A DNA stretch of 64,000 bases from Octopus vulgaris (lineage: Eukaryota), in assembly GCA_951406725.2 (NCBI GenBank), contig OX597822.1, positions 100,750,001-100,814,000 of the forward strand, written 5' to 3'. A program made the translations under genes and the position numbers. The notes under the pieces are model-generated. The model was not told the origin of the DNA and searched no databases. It saw only the letters and a program-made list of their open reading frames with translations. Position 1 is the stretch's first letter. Each line of letters begins with the position of its first letter. Positions 13,458 to 27,211 of the stretch are shown here, in pieces.

Positions 13458-13747
13458 TTTTCTGGTGTAATGTTCCCGCTTTATTAATCCACAGAGAATA
13501 TGTCAATATATTTGAAAACAGACACAAAACTCATTATTTATAGCAGAGCGGTGAGTCAAACTAAATATATTACTTATAATAATAGTAATAATAATAATGA
13601 TAATAATAAACTTAATTTAATCATCTGCACATTTTCCCCTCATATTCTACATTTCACCGACCACTTTTCAAAACATAAGCCTATTTTAATGACACTCCTA
13701 CCAATCCTTATATAGTATTACCATTAACTAACCACATTTTCTTTTAG

Positions 13748-13798
13748 TCAGGCAGAGATCAAGACTTCCAACAGAGCTCAAAGCCTGGTGGGAGGAAG
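13748..13798 (+). other. candidate 51-nt internal exon
   Basis: CTAAC branch point, then ATTTTCTTTTAG acceptor, AAG|GTATTT donor; all three frames open; no recognisable homology. Confidence 0.25.
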
Positions 13799-15089
13799 GT
13801 ATTTTCAAACTGAAGACATAGTCTAAATGCTTTACAACATGGTACAAATTAGACTCCTTTAAACACACCCAAAGACAAGTTAATTCTACCAACCATGAAA
13901 GTCTGTATTTTATAAAACAGAATCCGAAGAGACAGGTGGTGGTCTGTTTTGGCATGACTTTTATTAGTCAGAAAAATCAACAGAAAGAGTACAGCACAAT
14001 TATTATGGTGAGTGGAAAACCCAATGTTTCAAAGTCCTGCTCCAGGGAAAAGTTGATAAGGAGGTCTACATTAAAAAAAAAAATTTGAGCGAGGTCGTTG
14101 CCAGTACCGCCTGACTGGCCCATGTGCTGGTGGCATGTAAAAGCACCCACTACACACTAGGAGTGGTTGGCATTAGGAAGGGCATCTAGCTGTAGAAACT
14201 CTGCCAGATCAAGACTGGAGCCTGGTGCAGTCATCTGCTTCGCCCGCCCACAGTCAAACCGTCCAACCCATGCTAGCATGGAAAACGGACGTTAAATGAT
14301 GATGATGATAAATAAGTTGCATTTGTACATTAATTGTACCCCATATTATGCCCCAATTCCCGCAAAAAGTTGGTACAAAATATTTTATGATTGAAAATAT
14401 ACATAGTGGATGAGACTACAAACAACAGAAATTCTTTCAAATTACATTATGTGTTAATTGTTATTGTCAATTAGATGAAATATAATAATAAAATAAATTA
14501 TGAACAAGGTCATGGAATAGCTGATTAGCCTCTACATACTTAATAAAGGACTGCAAATGATAACATTGAAATATGTTTTTAGCAAATCTTTTGATGGTAT
14601 TACTATAATCCGTCTGTCTGTCCTTGTTTGTCCCCTCTGTGCTTAGCCCCTTGTGGGTAGTAAAGAAATAGGCATTACTATAACAGACTGAGTAATAACG
14701 GAATATGGTAAGGGAATCTATTGTTGGGTAGACTGATCCGTACAGTTCTGAATCCTGGTTGAATCCATTCTCTTGTGATAGTAATCATCATCATCATCGT
14801 TGAATACTAATTTTCAAAAGGAAAATAATAATTGACATGAAATAAAACAAATTTCTCAGTTTTTTAACTCCTCCCACCACTACTGTTACTTACTCCTTCC
14901 TTCTCTCCACTCACCTTGCACCCCTTATTTTAACTCTCTCTTCATCTATTTGTTACTCTCTCTCTATACACTGTAAGGTCCGACTGGAAAAACTAACCAA
15001 TTAACATTTATATGAGCTATTATTATATAGAGATACATAGGGAATTTTCTTTTATATAATTAGATTGCCTTTATAAGCAATATGAACAT

Positions 15090-15541
15090 CGAACCAAATA
15101 TCAATGGAAACAGTAGTTGTGATACCTGTGCCGGTGACACATAAAAAGCACCATCCGAACGTGGCCAAGCACCATCCGAACGTGGCCGTTGCCAGTGCAG
15201 CCTCCACTGGCTTCTGTGCCGGTGGCACATAAAAAGCACCATCCGAACGTGGCCGATGCCAGCACCGCCTTGACTGGCTTCTGTGCCGGTAGCACATAAA
15301 CAAAAAAGCACCAACCGATCGTGGCCGATGCCAGTCTCATCTGGCTCCTGTGCAGGTGGCACGTAAAAAGCACCCACTACACTCGCGGAGTGGTTGGCGT
15401 TAGGAAGGGCATCCAGCTGTAGAAACACTGCCAGACCAGACTGGAACCTGGGGCAGCCCCTGGCTCCCCAGACCCCGGTCGAACCGTCCAACCCGTGCTA
15501 GCGCGGAAAACGGACGTTTAAACGATGATGATGATGATGAT
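15090..15541 (+). mobile_element. SINE family E with several 5' tandem subrepeats
   Basis: Repeated ~55-bp unit GTGCCGGTGGCACATAAAAAGCACCATCCGAACGTGGCC, then the core and (GAT)n tail. Confidence 0.85.
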
Positions 15542-15721
15542 ATATAGAATGAACAGATAAGATCCAGAGTTGCTTAAGAGAGAAAATACTTAGTAGTGCT
15601 CAAATGATTTGAACTTTTGTTCATTTGCATCATTATCTCCACACACATATATATGCATATCTACTGGCTCATTATAAATTATGACCATTTCATTTTTTTT
15701 TTTCTATCATTTACTTTTCAG

Positions 15722-15829
15722 ATCCCCCAAAACTGATGGGAAGAAAGAAAGAGAATTTTCCAAACTGGAAAACTGGTCTGAAATCTTGCAACAGAGTGTG
15801 AACTTTACCAAAGACACTCAAAGTGCCAG
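15722..15829 (+). other. candidate 108-nt internal exon
   Basis: Long pyrimidine tract ending TTTTCAG, donor CAG|GTAGTG; phase 2-2 frame open (SPKTDGKKEREFSKLENWSEILQQSVNFTKDTQSA). Confidence 0.25.
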
Positions 15830-16112
15830 GTAGTGGCATTAAACTGGGCAATGGATTAATCCTACTCCTAACACCCAAGAACTCAGAACTGAAAGAAGAG
15901 CCAAGATGAATATCACAAAGCATTTCATCAAATGCTTAAATAAATTAAACCAATTCTCCAAATTAGTACTGTATGTAGAAGCTCTCTTGCTGATCAGAGC
16001 TGGCCTGGGGCTAAACAACAATAATAGACAACGCATGTGTACAACAAGCTTCCCGACTAAACTAGACTCAAACATGTTACAGCCAGATTGCAAGGCCTTG
16101 TCTTGTACCTAC

Positions 16113-16518
16113 CTTATTTCTTTATTGCCCACAAGGGGCTAAACATAGAGGGGACAGACAAAGGGATTAAGTCGATTACATCGACCTCAGTGCATAACTG
16201 GTACTTAATTTATCGATCCAGAAAGGATGAAAGGCAAAGTCGACCTCGACGGAATTTGAACTCAGAATGTAACGGCAGACGAAATACCTATTTCTTTACT
16301 ACCCACAAGGGGCTAAACACAGAGGGGACAAACAAGGACAGACAAAGGGATTAAGTCGATTATATCGCCCCCAGTGCGTAACTGGTACTTATTTAATCAA
16401 TCCCGAAAGGATGAAAGGCAAAGTTGACCTCGGCGGAATTTGAACTCAGAACATAACGGCAGACGAAATACTACTAAGCATTTTGCCTGGCATGCTAACG
16501 TTTCTGCCAGCTTGCCTT
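16113..16518 (-). mobile_element. SINE family B, partial tandem dimer inside one TSD
   Basis: Two head-to-tail units joined at GACGAAATACC/TATTTC (~16286); GCCTTGTCTTGTACCTACCTTAT repeated on both sides. Confidence 0.85.
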
Positions 16519-16749
16519 GTCTTGTACCTACCTTATCTACCTATCTATATGCATATATACACACAACTAACAAATACTAATCGATAACCACTTTTTGTTT
16601 TGATTTGTCTTTTTTTTATTCTTTGCTCTGTATTTTTTAAGAAACCATTCTGGTCATGCAGAACATCAACTTGCTTGGAAACAGGTAAGAGTTGTAGAGT
16701 GGAAAAGCACTTGGCTGTAGAAAATCTGCCTTAGCAAATTTTGTCTGAC

Positions 16750-17078
16750 AGGGCTGTTGCCAGCGCCGCCCCGACTGGCCTCGTGCCAGTGGCATGTAAA
16801 AAGCACCATCCATTCGTGGCCATTGCCAGCCTCGCCTGGCCCCCATGCCGGTGGCACGTAAAAAGCACCATCCGAACGTGGCCGTTTGCCAGCTCCGTCT
16901 GGCACGTAAAAAGCACCCACTACACTCACGGAGTGGTTGGCATTAGGAAGGGCATCCAGCCGTAGAAACACTGCCAGATCAGACTGGGCCTGATGCAGCC
17001 TTCTGCCTTCACAGACCCCAGTTGAACCGTCCAACCCATGCTAGCATGGAAAGCGGACGCTAAATGATGATGATGATG
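16750..17078 (+). mobile_element. SINE family E
   Basis: Family E core and (GAT)n tail. Confidence 0.85.
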
Positions 17079-18026
17079 AGGAAAAGTGGACATTAAATGA
17101 AAACAGTATGCATATTTAAATACATATGCAGTATTATAAACCATCTTTATCTTTTATCTTTTACTTGTTTCATTCATTAGACTGTGGCCATGCTGGAGCA
17201 CTGCCTTTAAGGATCTAGTCAAACAAACTGACTCCAGTATTATTATTTTTTTTAAAGTCTAGTACTCATGCTACTGTTCTCTTTTTGTAGAACCATTATG
17301 TTATAGGGATGTAAACAAACCAACACCAGTTGTCAAATGGTGGTGGGAGGTAAACACAAAGACACACAGACATCTTTTTCACTGTAAATGCAGTGAATTT
17401 GTCTTTAGAAATTGAAACATCATAAACATATTTTAACTAACCTAAAGTTCACACACACACACACACCACAGGCTACTTTCAGTTCCTGCCTACCAAATCC
17501 AATCACAAGGATTTGGTTGGCCTGGGGGTTATAGCAGACTTGCTCAAAGGGTCACACAGAGGGACTGAACCCAGAACCATATAGTACCTATAATCATCAT
17601 AACTAAATACAAATTGCAAAAAAAAAAAAAAAAAAAGTAGTTTAAATTATAAATTCAAGGCCACAACAGGCAAAAATAAAAGAAAGAATGATTTCTTAAA
17701 TACAAAATAATAGAAAAAAAAATGAATTTTTTTTTAGGCAAATTAAAACGAAAAGTGGTGAGTAGTAGTAGTGTTCACTGGTTATGTTTTGATTACTTAC
17801 ATAATAGCTTCAAGGAAGGTCACTTGTCATAAGGCAGCAACAAAAGTTATAACCACTTGTCCAACTTCCAGTTACTACGACAGTTGCTATGGGGATTTTA
17901 GATATCATCTATTAAAATTACTTAGCAAATAACATCAGTAGGGAATTAAATAGGACAGTACACATCAGGCCATTTCTTTTGAATATGAAGGCTGCTTGTT
18001 AAGTGGTTTTACTCTTTGGGGAGCTT

Positions 18027-18261
18027 AAGGCGGCGAGCTGGCAGAAACGTTAGCACGCCGGGCGAAATGCGTAGCCGTATTTCGTCTGTCGTTACGTTGT
18101 GAGTTCAAATTCCGCCGAGGTCGACTTTGCCTTTCATCCTTTCGGGGTCGATAAATTAAGTACCAGTTACGCACTGGGGTCGATGCAATCGACTTAATAC
18201 CTATGTCTGTCCTTGTTTGTCCCCTCTATGTTTAGCCCCTTGTGGGCAATAAAGAAATAGG
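18027..18261 (+). mobile_element. SINE family B, full length
   Basis: AAGGCGGCGAGCTGGCAGAAACG ... TAAAGAAATAGG. Confidence 0.9.
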
Positions 18262-18788
18262 TAAATTGTATCACAGAACTGACTGAACCTCTTGTCTCAT
18301 AATTTCGGAGTTCAATCTCTGACAAAGCTGTATTTAACTTCTCTTCCCATTCTTCTTCATCGTAATTGTTGTTTTAACCCTTTTGTTACTGTATTTATTT
18401 TGAGATGCTCTGTTTTGGTTTTTTTCAATTAATTTTAAATATAACAAGAATTTAGAAAAATAACTTAGTTATCATAATGATAACTAGTGTTAGGAATACA
18501 ATTTGTGACTAAGGTTTGGTGGAAGATTTTAATTCAAAACTTGTGAAAACAAAGATATTTGTACTACAGAACCAGAGGCGGTTTCCACCGGGTTGGTATC
18601 GAAAGAGTTACTGTTCACTTTTCTTTGTTTGCATGGGCGGGACAGTGTCTTTTGAGGCAAATTTTTCTATGGCTGGCTATCACCAATCCTTTGAAGAATA
18701 TTTGAAATGAATGACGCTACTTGAATGACAGTGATGTTCGTTCACAACTATTTGCACGATGCCAAGACAAGGAATCATAAACATACAT

Positions 18789-18821
<33 letters not shown>

Positions 18822-19054
18822 ACAGGCTTCTACCCATATCTACAGCTATCTACAGAATTTGAAATGGCTCTTTGTGAACATTGGGAAATGAACTCTGTCA
18901 AACATAGCTGCAGTTAAATTGTAGAACAGGTAAGGAAGGAGAAAGAATGGTTGTAAATTAGTGATGTACAAATATACCAATTGAAAAAAAGTAAACAAAC
19001 AAAAATCTAACAAGTTGATAGACACTATTAGCTAAGAGATTATTTTCAACAATA

Positions 19055-19545
19055 TCATCATCATCATCATTTAGCGTCCGCTTTCCATGCTAGCATGGGT
19101 TGGATGGTTCAACTGGGGTCTGTGAAGCCAGAAGGCTGCATCAGGCCCAGTCTGATCTGGCAGTGTTTCTACGGCTGGATGCCCTTCCTAACGTCAACCA
19201 CTCCGTGAGTGTAGAGGGTGCTTTTTACATGCCACCTGCCCAGGTGCCAGACGGAGCTGGCAAACGACCACGGACGGTTGGTGCTTTTTATGTGCCAGGC
19301 GAGGCTGGCAACGGCCATGAACGGATGGTGCTTTTTACGTGCCACCGGCACGAGGTCAGTCGGGGCGGAGCTGGCAACGGCCATGAATGGATGGTGCTTT
19401 TTTATGTGCCACCAGCATGGGGGCCAGGCGAGGCTGGCAACGGCCACGAACGGATGGTGCTTTTTACGTGCCACCGGCACGAGGCCAGTCTGGGCGGCGC
19501 TGGCAACGGCCACATTCGGATGGTTCTCTTACGTGCCACTGGCAG
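19055..19545 (-). mobile_element. SINE family E with multiple subrepeats, abutting a family D SINE (19546-19785, +)
   Basis: (CAT)n on plus strand, family E core and tandem units; explains the overlapping ORFs at 19100-19584. Confidence 0.85.
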
Positions 19546-20450
19546 GAGGCATGTGACTTAGTGGTTAGAGTGTTGGACTCCTGATTGTAAGATTGTGGTT
19601 TTGATTCCTGGACTGGGCATTGCGTTGTGTTCTTGAGCAAAACACTTCATTTCATGTTGCTCCAGTCAACTCAGCTGGCAAAAAAGGAGCAATCCTGTAA
19701 AGGACTGACATTCCATCCAGGTGGGCAATATAGGCACCATGGAAACCAGGAAACCAACTCTATGAGTCTATGTAACTTAGGAAGGATCTCTATCTTTTAT
19801 CCTTTTATAATTATTATTTACCTTGTTACATTAAGCAACTACCCTTTTGTGCAGGCAATACTTTTTTTAATGCTCTGGTTGCAAAATCTATGTACAGAAA
19901 CTCACACAGCTTAGAGGGTGCACCAATCTCAACAGCTGAGATTAAAAATATAACATTATGTGGAAATTTTACCGGTGAGTGTGTTACATAATAAGGCACA
20001 AAAAGAAAATGACTCTCCCCAGACACAACAAAATATGCTTCAACACACAAACACATATAAAGAATCTTGAAAACGAAATTATGTGATGAAATAAACATCA
20101 GAGATGCTTTCCTTGATACAGAAACTGTAGGAGCGACATTGCAAGCTCTTCTGACGGTGATTAAAGCTATCAAAATGCTAGAAACCTTCTTGTATCTTCA
20201 GTAAGTACCTTATGGTCACAAGAGTTTTACCCTCGTCTTGCATGCTTCACCTGAATGGACAGTGAGGATTGAACTGGTTTTAGCTACTATGGCTATTTTG
20301 GAAAGCTGCCAGTGGTCAGGAATAATAATGTGAAATTTATATATTGAAAGCAAGTGCACAAATGTGTTCATAGCCCAATGATTGAAATCAGTAAAAGAAT
20401 AAAAATATCATGTATTTAAATGCTTCTAGATTTTTTTTTTTTTTTATGAT

Positions 20451-20910
20451 TAGAAATAAGCAACATTTTGAAAGAATCATATTTTATCTGCCACTTTTTC
20501 AGGACAATGAATTCTATCTAAATGTGATAATTGTCGGCAATTTAATGTCCAGTTTTCTATGCTTGTATAGGTCAGATGGAATTCTTTGAGGCAGATTTCA
20601 TATGGTCAGATGCCATTCCTGTTGCAAACCCTTACATGTTTCCAAGTAAGATTATATTTTTCTCAAATCCAAACATATTTTTGTGGAATATTTTTGTAGA
20701 AATAAGCAACATTTTGAAAGAATTATATTTTATCTGCCACTTTTTCAGGACAATGAATTCTATCTAAATGTGATAATTGTCGGCAATTTAATGTCCAGTT
20801 TTCTATGCTTGTATAGATTTCATATGGTCAGATGCCCTTCCTGTTGCAAACCCTTACATGTTTCCAAGTAAGATTATATTTTTCTCATATCCAAACATAT
20901 TTTTGTGGAA
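20451..20910. repeat. young tandem duplication (20451-20688 / 20697-20910)
   Basis: Near-identical units; the second lacks 24 bp; 8-bp filler TATTTTTG at the junction. Confidence 0.9.
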
Positions 20911-21075
20911 GATTATAAATTAATGACACATATTGGTAAGATGGTGGTGCTCACAACTATCATGACATGTCAAGATAAGGAAACATAAAACACTCATACA
21001 AATATGTACATATGAAAGACTTCGTTCAGTTTCCATGCACCAAATCCACTCGAGGTTTTGGTTGGCCCAGGATAA

Positions 21076-21561
21076 TAAACTGAACCGCAAAAGAAATGTT
21101 GCACAAATACTAAATAGAAACCAGTTTATTAACAGACAGCCATAGCATTGATTGAACAGTGCTAATTAAGAAACTGTTCTTGCCTAATGATAAAGCACCA
21201 TTTCCTGAAACATGTTTGATGTCACATGGTGTCATGTGATGATGGAGCATACAGGATCCAAAGAAATGAACTCAATATCTCGTGTGACCACAGTTGGCGT
21301 TGATTACCACCAGACATCTTCTGTACATTGAACGCACCAAACGAATGATGAAGGCCATGGGGATAGCAGCCCACATTCTGTTAAAACTTGCAGTGTGTTG
21401 TGCCAGGGGTGTTGGCCTTGGATGGATGTCCTTTAGCCTTCTTTAGATTTTGTCCCACAGGCGCTCTATGGGGTTCAAGTCCAGACTGTCTAAAAATGTG
21501 ATAAAAATGTGATAATCTCACTATCATGTGTGAAACAAATAATCTTTTGTAGTTCAGTATA
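21076..21561 (-). mobile_element. internally deleted Tc1-like transposon with both TIRs, nested in an old family A SINE
   Basis: Minus frame 21487-21272: SLDLNPIERLWDKI*RRLKDIHPRP...WAAIPMAFIIRLVRSMYRRCLVVINANCGHTRY* (Tc1 SPDLNPIE.LW ... GGHTRY); ends TAAACTGAACCGCAAAAGA and TCTTTTGTAGTTCAGTATA are inverted. Confidence 0.9.
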
Positions 21562-22612
21562 ACAGAAAATACTTTCTCAATGTATCACAGAGTGTGACAA
21601 AACCAAAAACTATGTAGTTAGGAAGCAAACTACTTAATCATGGAACCATGCACAAAAACCATTCACCTGAAAGGCTGAAGCTGAGTAATTCATTCATTAT
21701 TTTCTTTTTCATGAAGAAACAATTTGGTATTTGAAAAAAAAACAAGAAAACATCATAACTCTTGGTAACAAACTGCCTTGATCTGCCCTTAGTTTAAAGA
21801 GTGATCTAAATTAAAACATTCCAATAAAATTTATGTTAGCTTATGCCCCCAAATACCACCTTAATTATAACAAAATTATTTTACTAAATTATTCATTATT
21901 TTCAAAATTAATTAAAACGAAAGTAGAGTATTTCAATAGAAACATGGTAACAAAAAGATTCAAGAAATATTAAAGTATTTTTTATAATGTTAAACTTTCA
22001 AGAACTGAATTCTAAGGACAATTCTTTAAAATAGGGCGTCACCATTTTCACCAAACAAACAATTAAAATGGTTAAAAGTAACTCTTTGTTGAGTTATAGA
22101 TAATTCTTTAGTAAAATCAAGATATCCATTGAATTATACAAACAATAATTTCACAGAAAAATCAATTAAAATCAATTTCTAACGAATCATTTCAGAGTTT
22201 CTAATCATACTTCATCAAATTCAGAGCAGCCTTGATATAGAACTCTCACACAAGTGGTTTAGTTGTTATTCAACGACAATTATTAACTCCCAACACTGTA
22301 TTATCTTACATTTAATGATCAAGAAGGTTACAAGTGTTCTGAAAGAGCAGTACAAAAGAGTCATATTTCAGCAGACCTCCAAGAGGAAATGGCTTCAAAG
22401 AAAGCTCTGTTCAATGTAGCCAGACGTATGCATACATGTGTTTAACTTTTACAAGTTTACATAATTGCGGATGATGATGATGATGATGATGAGGAATGTG
22501 TGCGTGTGAGTATGCATTGTATGTTAAATGGAAACAACCCAAATGGTAACAATATGTGAATGTATATCATGGGACACACAGTGGGTGTGTGTAGATACAT
22601 ATGTGGATCTAT

Positions 22613-23047
22613 ACTCTTTTTCTCTTTTTTACTCTTTTTTACTTGTTTCAGTCATTTGACTGCGGGCCCATGCTGGAGCACCGCCTTTTAGTCGAGCAAA
22701 TCGACCGACCCCGGGACTTATTCTTTGTAAGCCCAGTACTTATTCTATCGGTCTCTTTTTGCCGAACCGCTAAGTGACGGGGACGTAAACACACCAGCAT
22801 CGGTTGTCAAGCAATGCTAGGGGAACAAACACAGACACACAAACATATTCACACACACTTATATATATATATACATATATACGACAGGCTTCTTTCAGTT
22901 TCCGTCTACCAAATCCACTCACAAGGCATTGGTCGGCCCGGGGGCTATAGCAGAAGACACTTGCCCAAGATGCCACGCAGTGGGACTGAACCCGGAACCA
23001 TGTGGTTGGTTAGCAAGCTACTTACCAAACAGCCACTCCTGCACCTA
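22613..23047 (-). mobile_element. SINE family A
   Basis: Matches the family A consensus. Confidence 0.9.
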
Positions 23048-23314
23048 TGTGAATATTTAAAACTTTCAGGTTGATATGTACTTATTTTGGATCAAGACAA
23101 CGCAAGAGTGACACTATGACAAGTTTCAAGTGGCCTGTGAGGATAAATTACAGACTGAGTTGAAATAGGGAAGGAAAGAGAGCGAGCATGAACTATATAC
23201 ATACGTATACATACAGTAATCCCTCGCCATATCGTGATTTATCTTTTAAGCTTACACCAATTCCTCCGTTGTGTTGTTTTGCATTTATAATAAAATAAAT
23301 TTATATGAATTCAT

Positions 23315-23577
23315 CATAATCGTTTGACGCCTGCTTTCCATGCTAGCATGGGTTTGACGGTTTGACTGGGGTCTGGGAAGCCAGGAGGCTGCACCAGGCC
23401 CAGTCTGATCTGGCATTGTTTCTACAGCTGGATGCCCTTCCTAACACCAACCACTCCGTGAGTGTAGTGGGTACTTTTTATGTGCCAGGCGAGGCTGGTA
23501 ACGGCCACGATTGGTTGGTGCTTTTTATGTGCCACCAGCATGGAGCCAATCGAGGCGGCGCTGGCAACGGCCACGTT
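23315..23577 (-). mobile_element. SINE family E
   Basis: Family E core; further copies at 14086-14310, 24463-24760, 24947-25096, 31262-31561, 33831-34150, 42567-42948 and 55746-56043. Confidence 0.8.
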
Positions 23578-25578
23578 ACTGTTTCTACTTCATGGATTTT
23601 CACTTATCGTGGTGGTGGGGTTGGAATGTAATACCTGCAATAGTAGAGGGATTATTGTATATTATTATCATTTAACGACTGTTCTTCATGCTGGCATGGG
23701 TTGGACGAGTTGACAGGAGCCAACGAGACAGAAGATTATGCCAAACCTCAATATTTTCTTTGGCATGGTTTTTATAATTGGGTACCTTTCCCAACACCAA
23801 CCACATCACAGAAAGCTAGACAGAGAGAGACACAAACATAAAGATATAGAATGTGAAACAAGCTACCATAGAAGGTTGGGGCTTGAATAACTACTATGTT
23901 AAATTCACAATGCTACCAAAGAAGCATCAATATGTTTCTTTTCCCCATCTTTCTTGTCATTCTTCACAGCTTTGTGAAAAAGTAATGTGAGACTTCTTTA
24001 CACACTGCCAAACCCATTCACAAGACCTTGGTCAATCCAGGGCTATTGCAGAAGACAATTTGTCTAAGGTGCCACACAGTGGAACTGAACCCAAAACCAC
24101 AAAGATAGGAAGCAAACATCTTAACCACACAGCAACACTTGTTCCTGTTAACCTTGCTTGTGCTTATAGCCACATCTGTACCTATTTATCTATCAATATA
24201 CATAGCCACACACAGATATCAATATAATTGTTGACTGTAAACAACAATAACAGATTTGTAGTTTCAGTAAACAGGATTAAATTATGTTAATTTATAAAGA
24301 ATGTGAAAAATAGATTCTTTACTAGGACATCACCAAGACTGTACAACCTAATTACTCACAAAAACAAAAAAGGAAATTGTTATCAAAAATAATGGCTTTT
24401 AAATTTGTTATGCTTATCAAACAAAACTAGGAAGTTTTATTAAATTTCAATCAAATCTTTTACATCATCATCATCATCGTTTAACGTCTGTTTTCCATGC
24501 TAGCAAGGGTTGGACGGTTCGACCGGGATCTGGGAAGCCAGAAGGCTGCACCAGGCTCCAGTCTGATGTGGCAGTGTTTCTACAGCTGTATGCCCTTCCT
24601 AACGCCAACCACTCCATAGTGTGGTGTGTGCTTTTTACGTGCCAGGCGAGGCTGGCAATGGCCACGATCGGTTGGTGCTTTTTATGTGCCACCGGCACGG
24701 AAGCCAGTCAAGGCGGGGCTGGCATTAGCCACGTTCAGATGGTGCTTTTTACGTGCCAGTTTCTTGTATATTAGTGTCTGAAAAAATTACATTTAGAATT
24801 TTTAATTTTTCTTTTTCTTTTGTTAATATACTTTTCTTTCTACTCTACACTTTGAAAATTCTTTCAATAATCTTTTGTCTTTTACCTGGATTGCAGTCAT
24901 GCAAGGGGCACAAAGCCTTGAAGGGTTTGGTTGAACAAACTGATTCCATCATCATCATCATCATCATCGTTTAACGTCCGCTTTCCATGCTAGCATGGGT
25001 TGGACGGTTCAACTGGGGTCTGGGAAGCCCGAAGGCTGCACCAGGCCAGTCAGATGTGGCAGTGTTTCTACAGCTGGATGCCCTTCCTAATGCCAATAGT
25101 AGTTAGTTATTCTATCAGTCTGTTTTGCTGTCCTGTTAAGTTATACGGACATAAACAAACCAAAACCAGTTGTCAATCAGTAGAAAACACTAACACAAAG
25201 ACACACACACACACACATTCCCTCCATAACCTGAAAATCTGTCTGGTCATGGGGAAATATTACCTTACTCAGAAACAGGTGAAGTTTCTGACAGGCACCA
25301 GGTGTAGAAAATCTGCCTCAACAAATGCCATCCATGCACGAAAAAGTAGACACGACAATGATGATTACACACACACACACACAGTTTTCTACCCGTTTCC
25401 ATCAAGGAAGTCCACTCACAAGGCACTGGTCAAGTGCTATAAAAGATGACACTTGCCACACGTTGGGATTGCACTTGACCAATGCTTTGTGAGTGAATTT
25501 TGTTGAACCCCAAATCATGTAATTGCAAAGCAAATTTCTTAACTACACAGCAATGACCATTAAAGAAAAAACAAATTT

Positions 25579-25746
25579 GCAGGAGTGGCTGTGTGGTAAG
25601 TAGCTTGCTTACGAACCACATGATTCCGGGTTCAGTCCCACTGCGTGGCACCTTAGGCAAGTGTATTCTACTATAACCTCGGGCCGACCAAAGCCTTGTG
25701 AGTGGATTTGGTAGACGGAAACTGAAAGAAGCTCATTGTATATATA

Positions 25747-25811
<65 letters not shown>

Positions 25812-26082
25812 ATATATATATGTATATGTGTGTATGTATGTATATATATATATATGTATGTGTGTGTGTGAGTATATGTTTGCGTGTCTGTGTTTGTCCC
25901 CCCCAACATCACTTGACAACTGATGCTGGTGTGTTTATGTTCCCGTAACTTAGCGGTTCGGCAAAAGAGACCAACAGAATAAGTACTAAGCTTACAAAGA
26001 ATAAGTCCCGGTGTAGATTTGCTCGACTAAAGGCGGTGCTTTAGCATGGCCACAATCAAATGACTGAAACAAGTAAAAGAGT
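25579..26082 (+). mobile_element. SINE family A with expanded internal (TA)n
   Basis: Family A consensus with a long TA/TG microsatellite at about 25737-25870. Confidence 0.9.
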
Positions 26083-26522
26083 ATATAATTAGACAAGATA
26101 ATCAATATGGAAATTCCAACTTGGAGTGATGGGGGTTTGTTATCTTCTTAGGGTTTACCAGTTAAGAGCCCTTGCTACTGCTGATTATCATAATTGCCAC
26201 CACTCTCCTCCCTCATCATCATCACTACCACCACTATCATCATCATCATCATCATACTTTCACTGCCAATGTCAGTTTTATGTCAAACCAAGTTAGTACA
26301 AGAGTACTTAAAATTGTTGGCTGTCAGAAATAAATCTTAAGCTTCTTTTTTTTCCTTTCAGAGAACAATAAAACTAATGGTAAATTAGTTGAAAGGAAGG
26401 AGAGGCGCAGCCACTTTCTCTGGTTCAGTTATCTTCAACATTCCTTATAAACTATAAACTAAATAACAAGAGATCTTGTACTGCTCTTAAACATTGTATA
26501 CAATAAGTTTTTTATTACTGTA

Positions 26523-26554
<32 letters not shown>

Positions 26555-27029
26555 CATTATTCAAATTTCACTGAGGTTGACATAGCTTTTCATCCTTTCA
26601 GTAGGGGTTGATAACAAAAGTACCAGTCAAGTAGTGGGGGTGACATAATTGACTAGCCTCCTCCCACCAATATTTCAGGCCTTGTGCCCATAGCAGAAAG
26701 GTAATATTATCATTATACCAAGCCCACACTTCTAAAATTTCCACATCTTTTGCATTTAGTTACTGACATTTAATTACCTTATAGCAATATTTCTCAAAGT
26801 GGGGTTTGAGAAACTGCAGGGTCCTATAAAAAAAAAAAAATGGCATTCAATGAGATAAGGTAGTTTTCCAATAAATGATGTTTTAATGAAGAATAATTTT
26901 TATGAAGAAAAGGGAAATATATATATATAAAATTATACATTAGGGTATCTTAATAATTATTACCTTTGATTATTTTTTCCATACCACTTGATAAAATCGT
27001 TATTTTATTTTAAATTAACGATCTTATCC

Positions 27030-27076
<47 letters not shown>

Positions 27077-27078
<2 letters not shown>

Positions 27079-27211
27079 CAGTAATACCTCACTTTACAAG
27101 GATGCACTTTACAAGACCCTGGGTTTACGAGTTTTATTTTCTGTTTATGAGTTCTTGCTTTATGAGTGGTCTCTGGGAACAAATAAACTCATACATTGAG
27201 GCATTACTGTA
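27077..27211. mobile_element. pogo/Tigger-type MITE
   Basis: TA|CAGTAATACCTCA ... TGAGGCATTACTG|TA inverted termini; a related left end TACAGTAATCCCTCG lies at about 23212. Confidence 0.75.

Noticed and set aside
17801-17908. Minus-strand coding exon (MISKIPIATVVVTGSWTSGYNFCCCLMTSDLP*)
   Set aside because: All three frames contain stops and the acceptor is weak; not supportable as CDS
20110-20210. GAAACTGTA-GGAGC/GCTCT-CTGACGG as a type II hammerhead, or a plus-strand exon ending at GTAAGT (20201)
   Set aside because: The core has A9G, and stems II and III are weak or bulged; the acceptor is poor and the segment looks like part of a dispersed repeat
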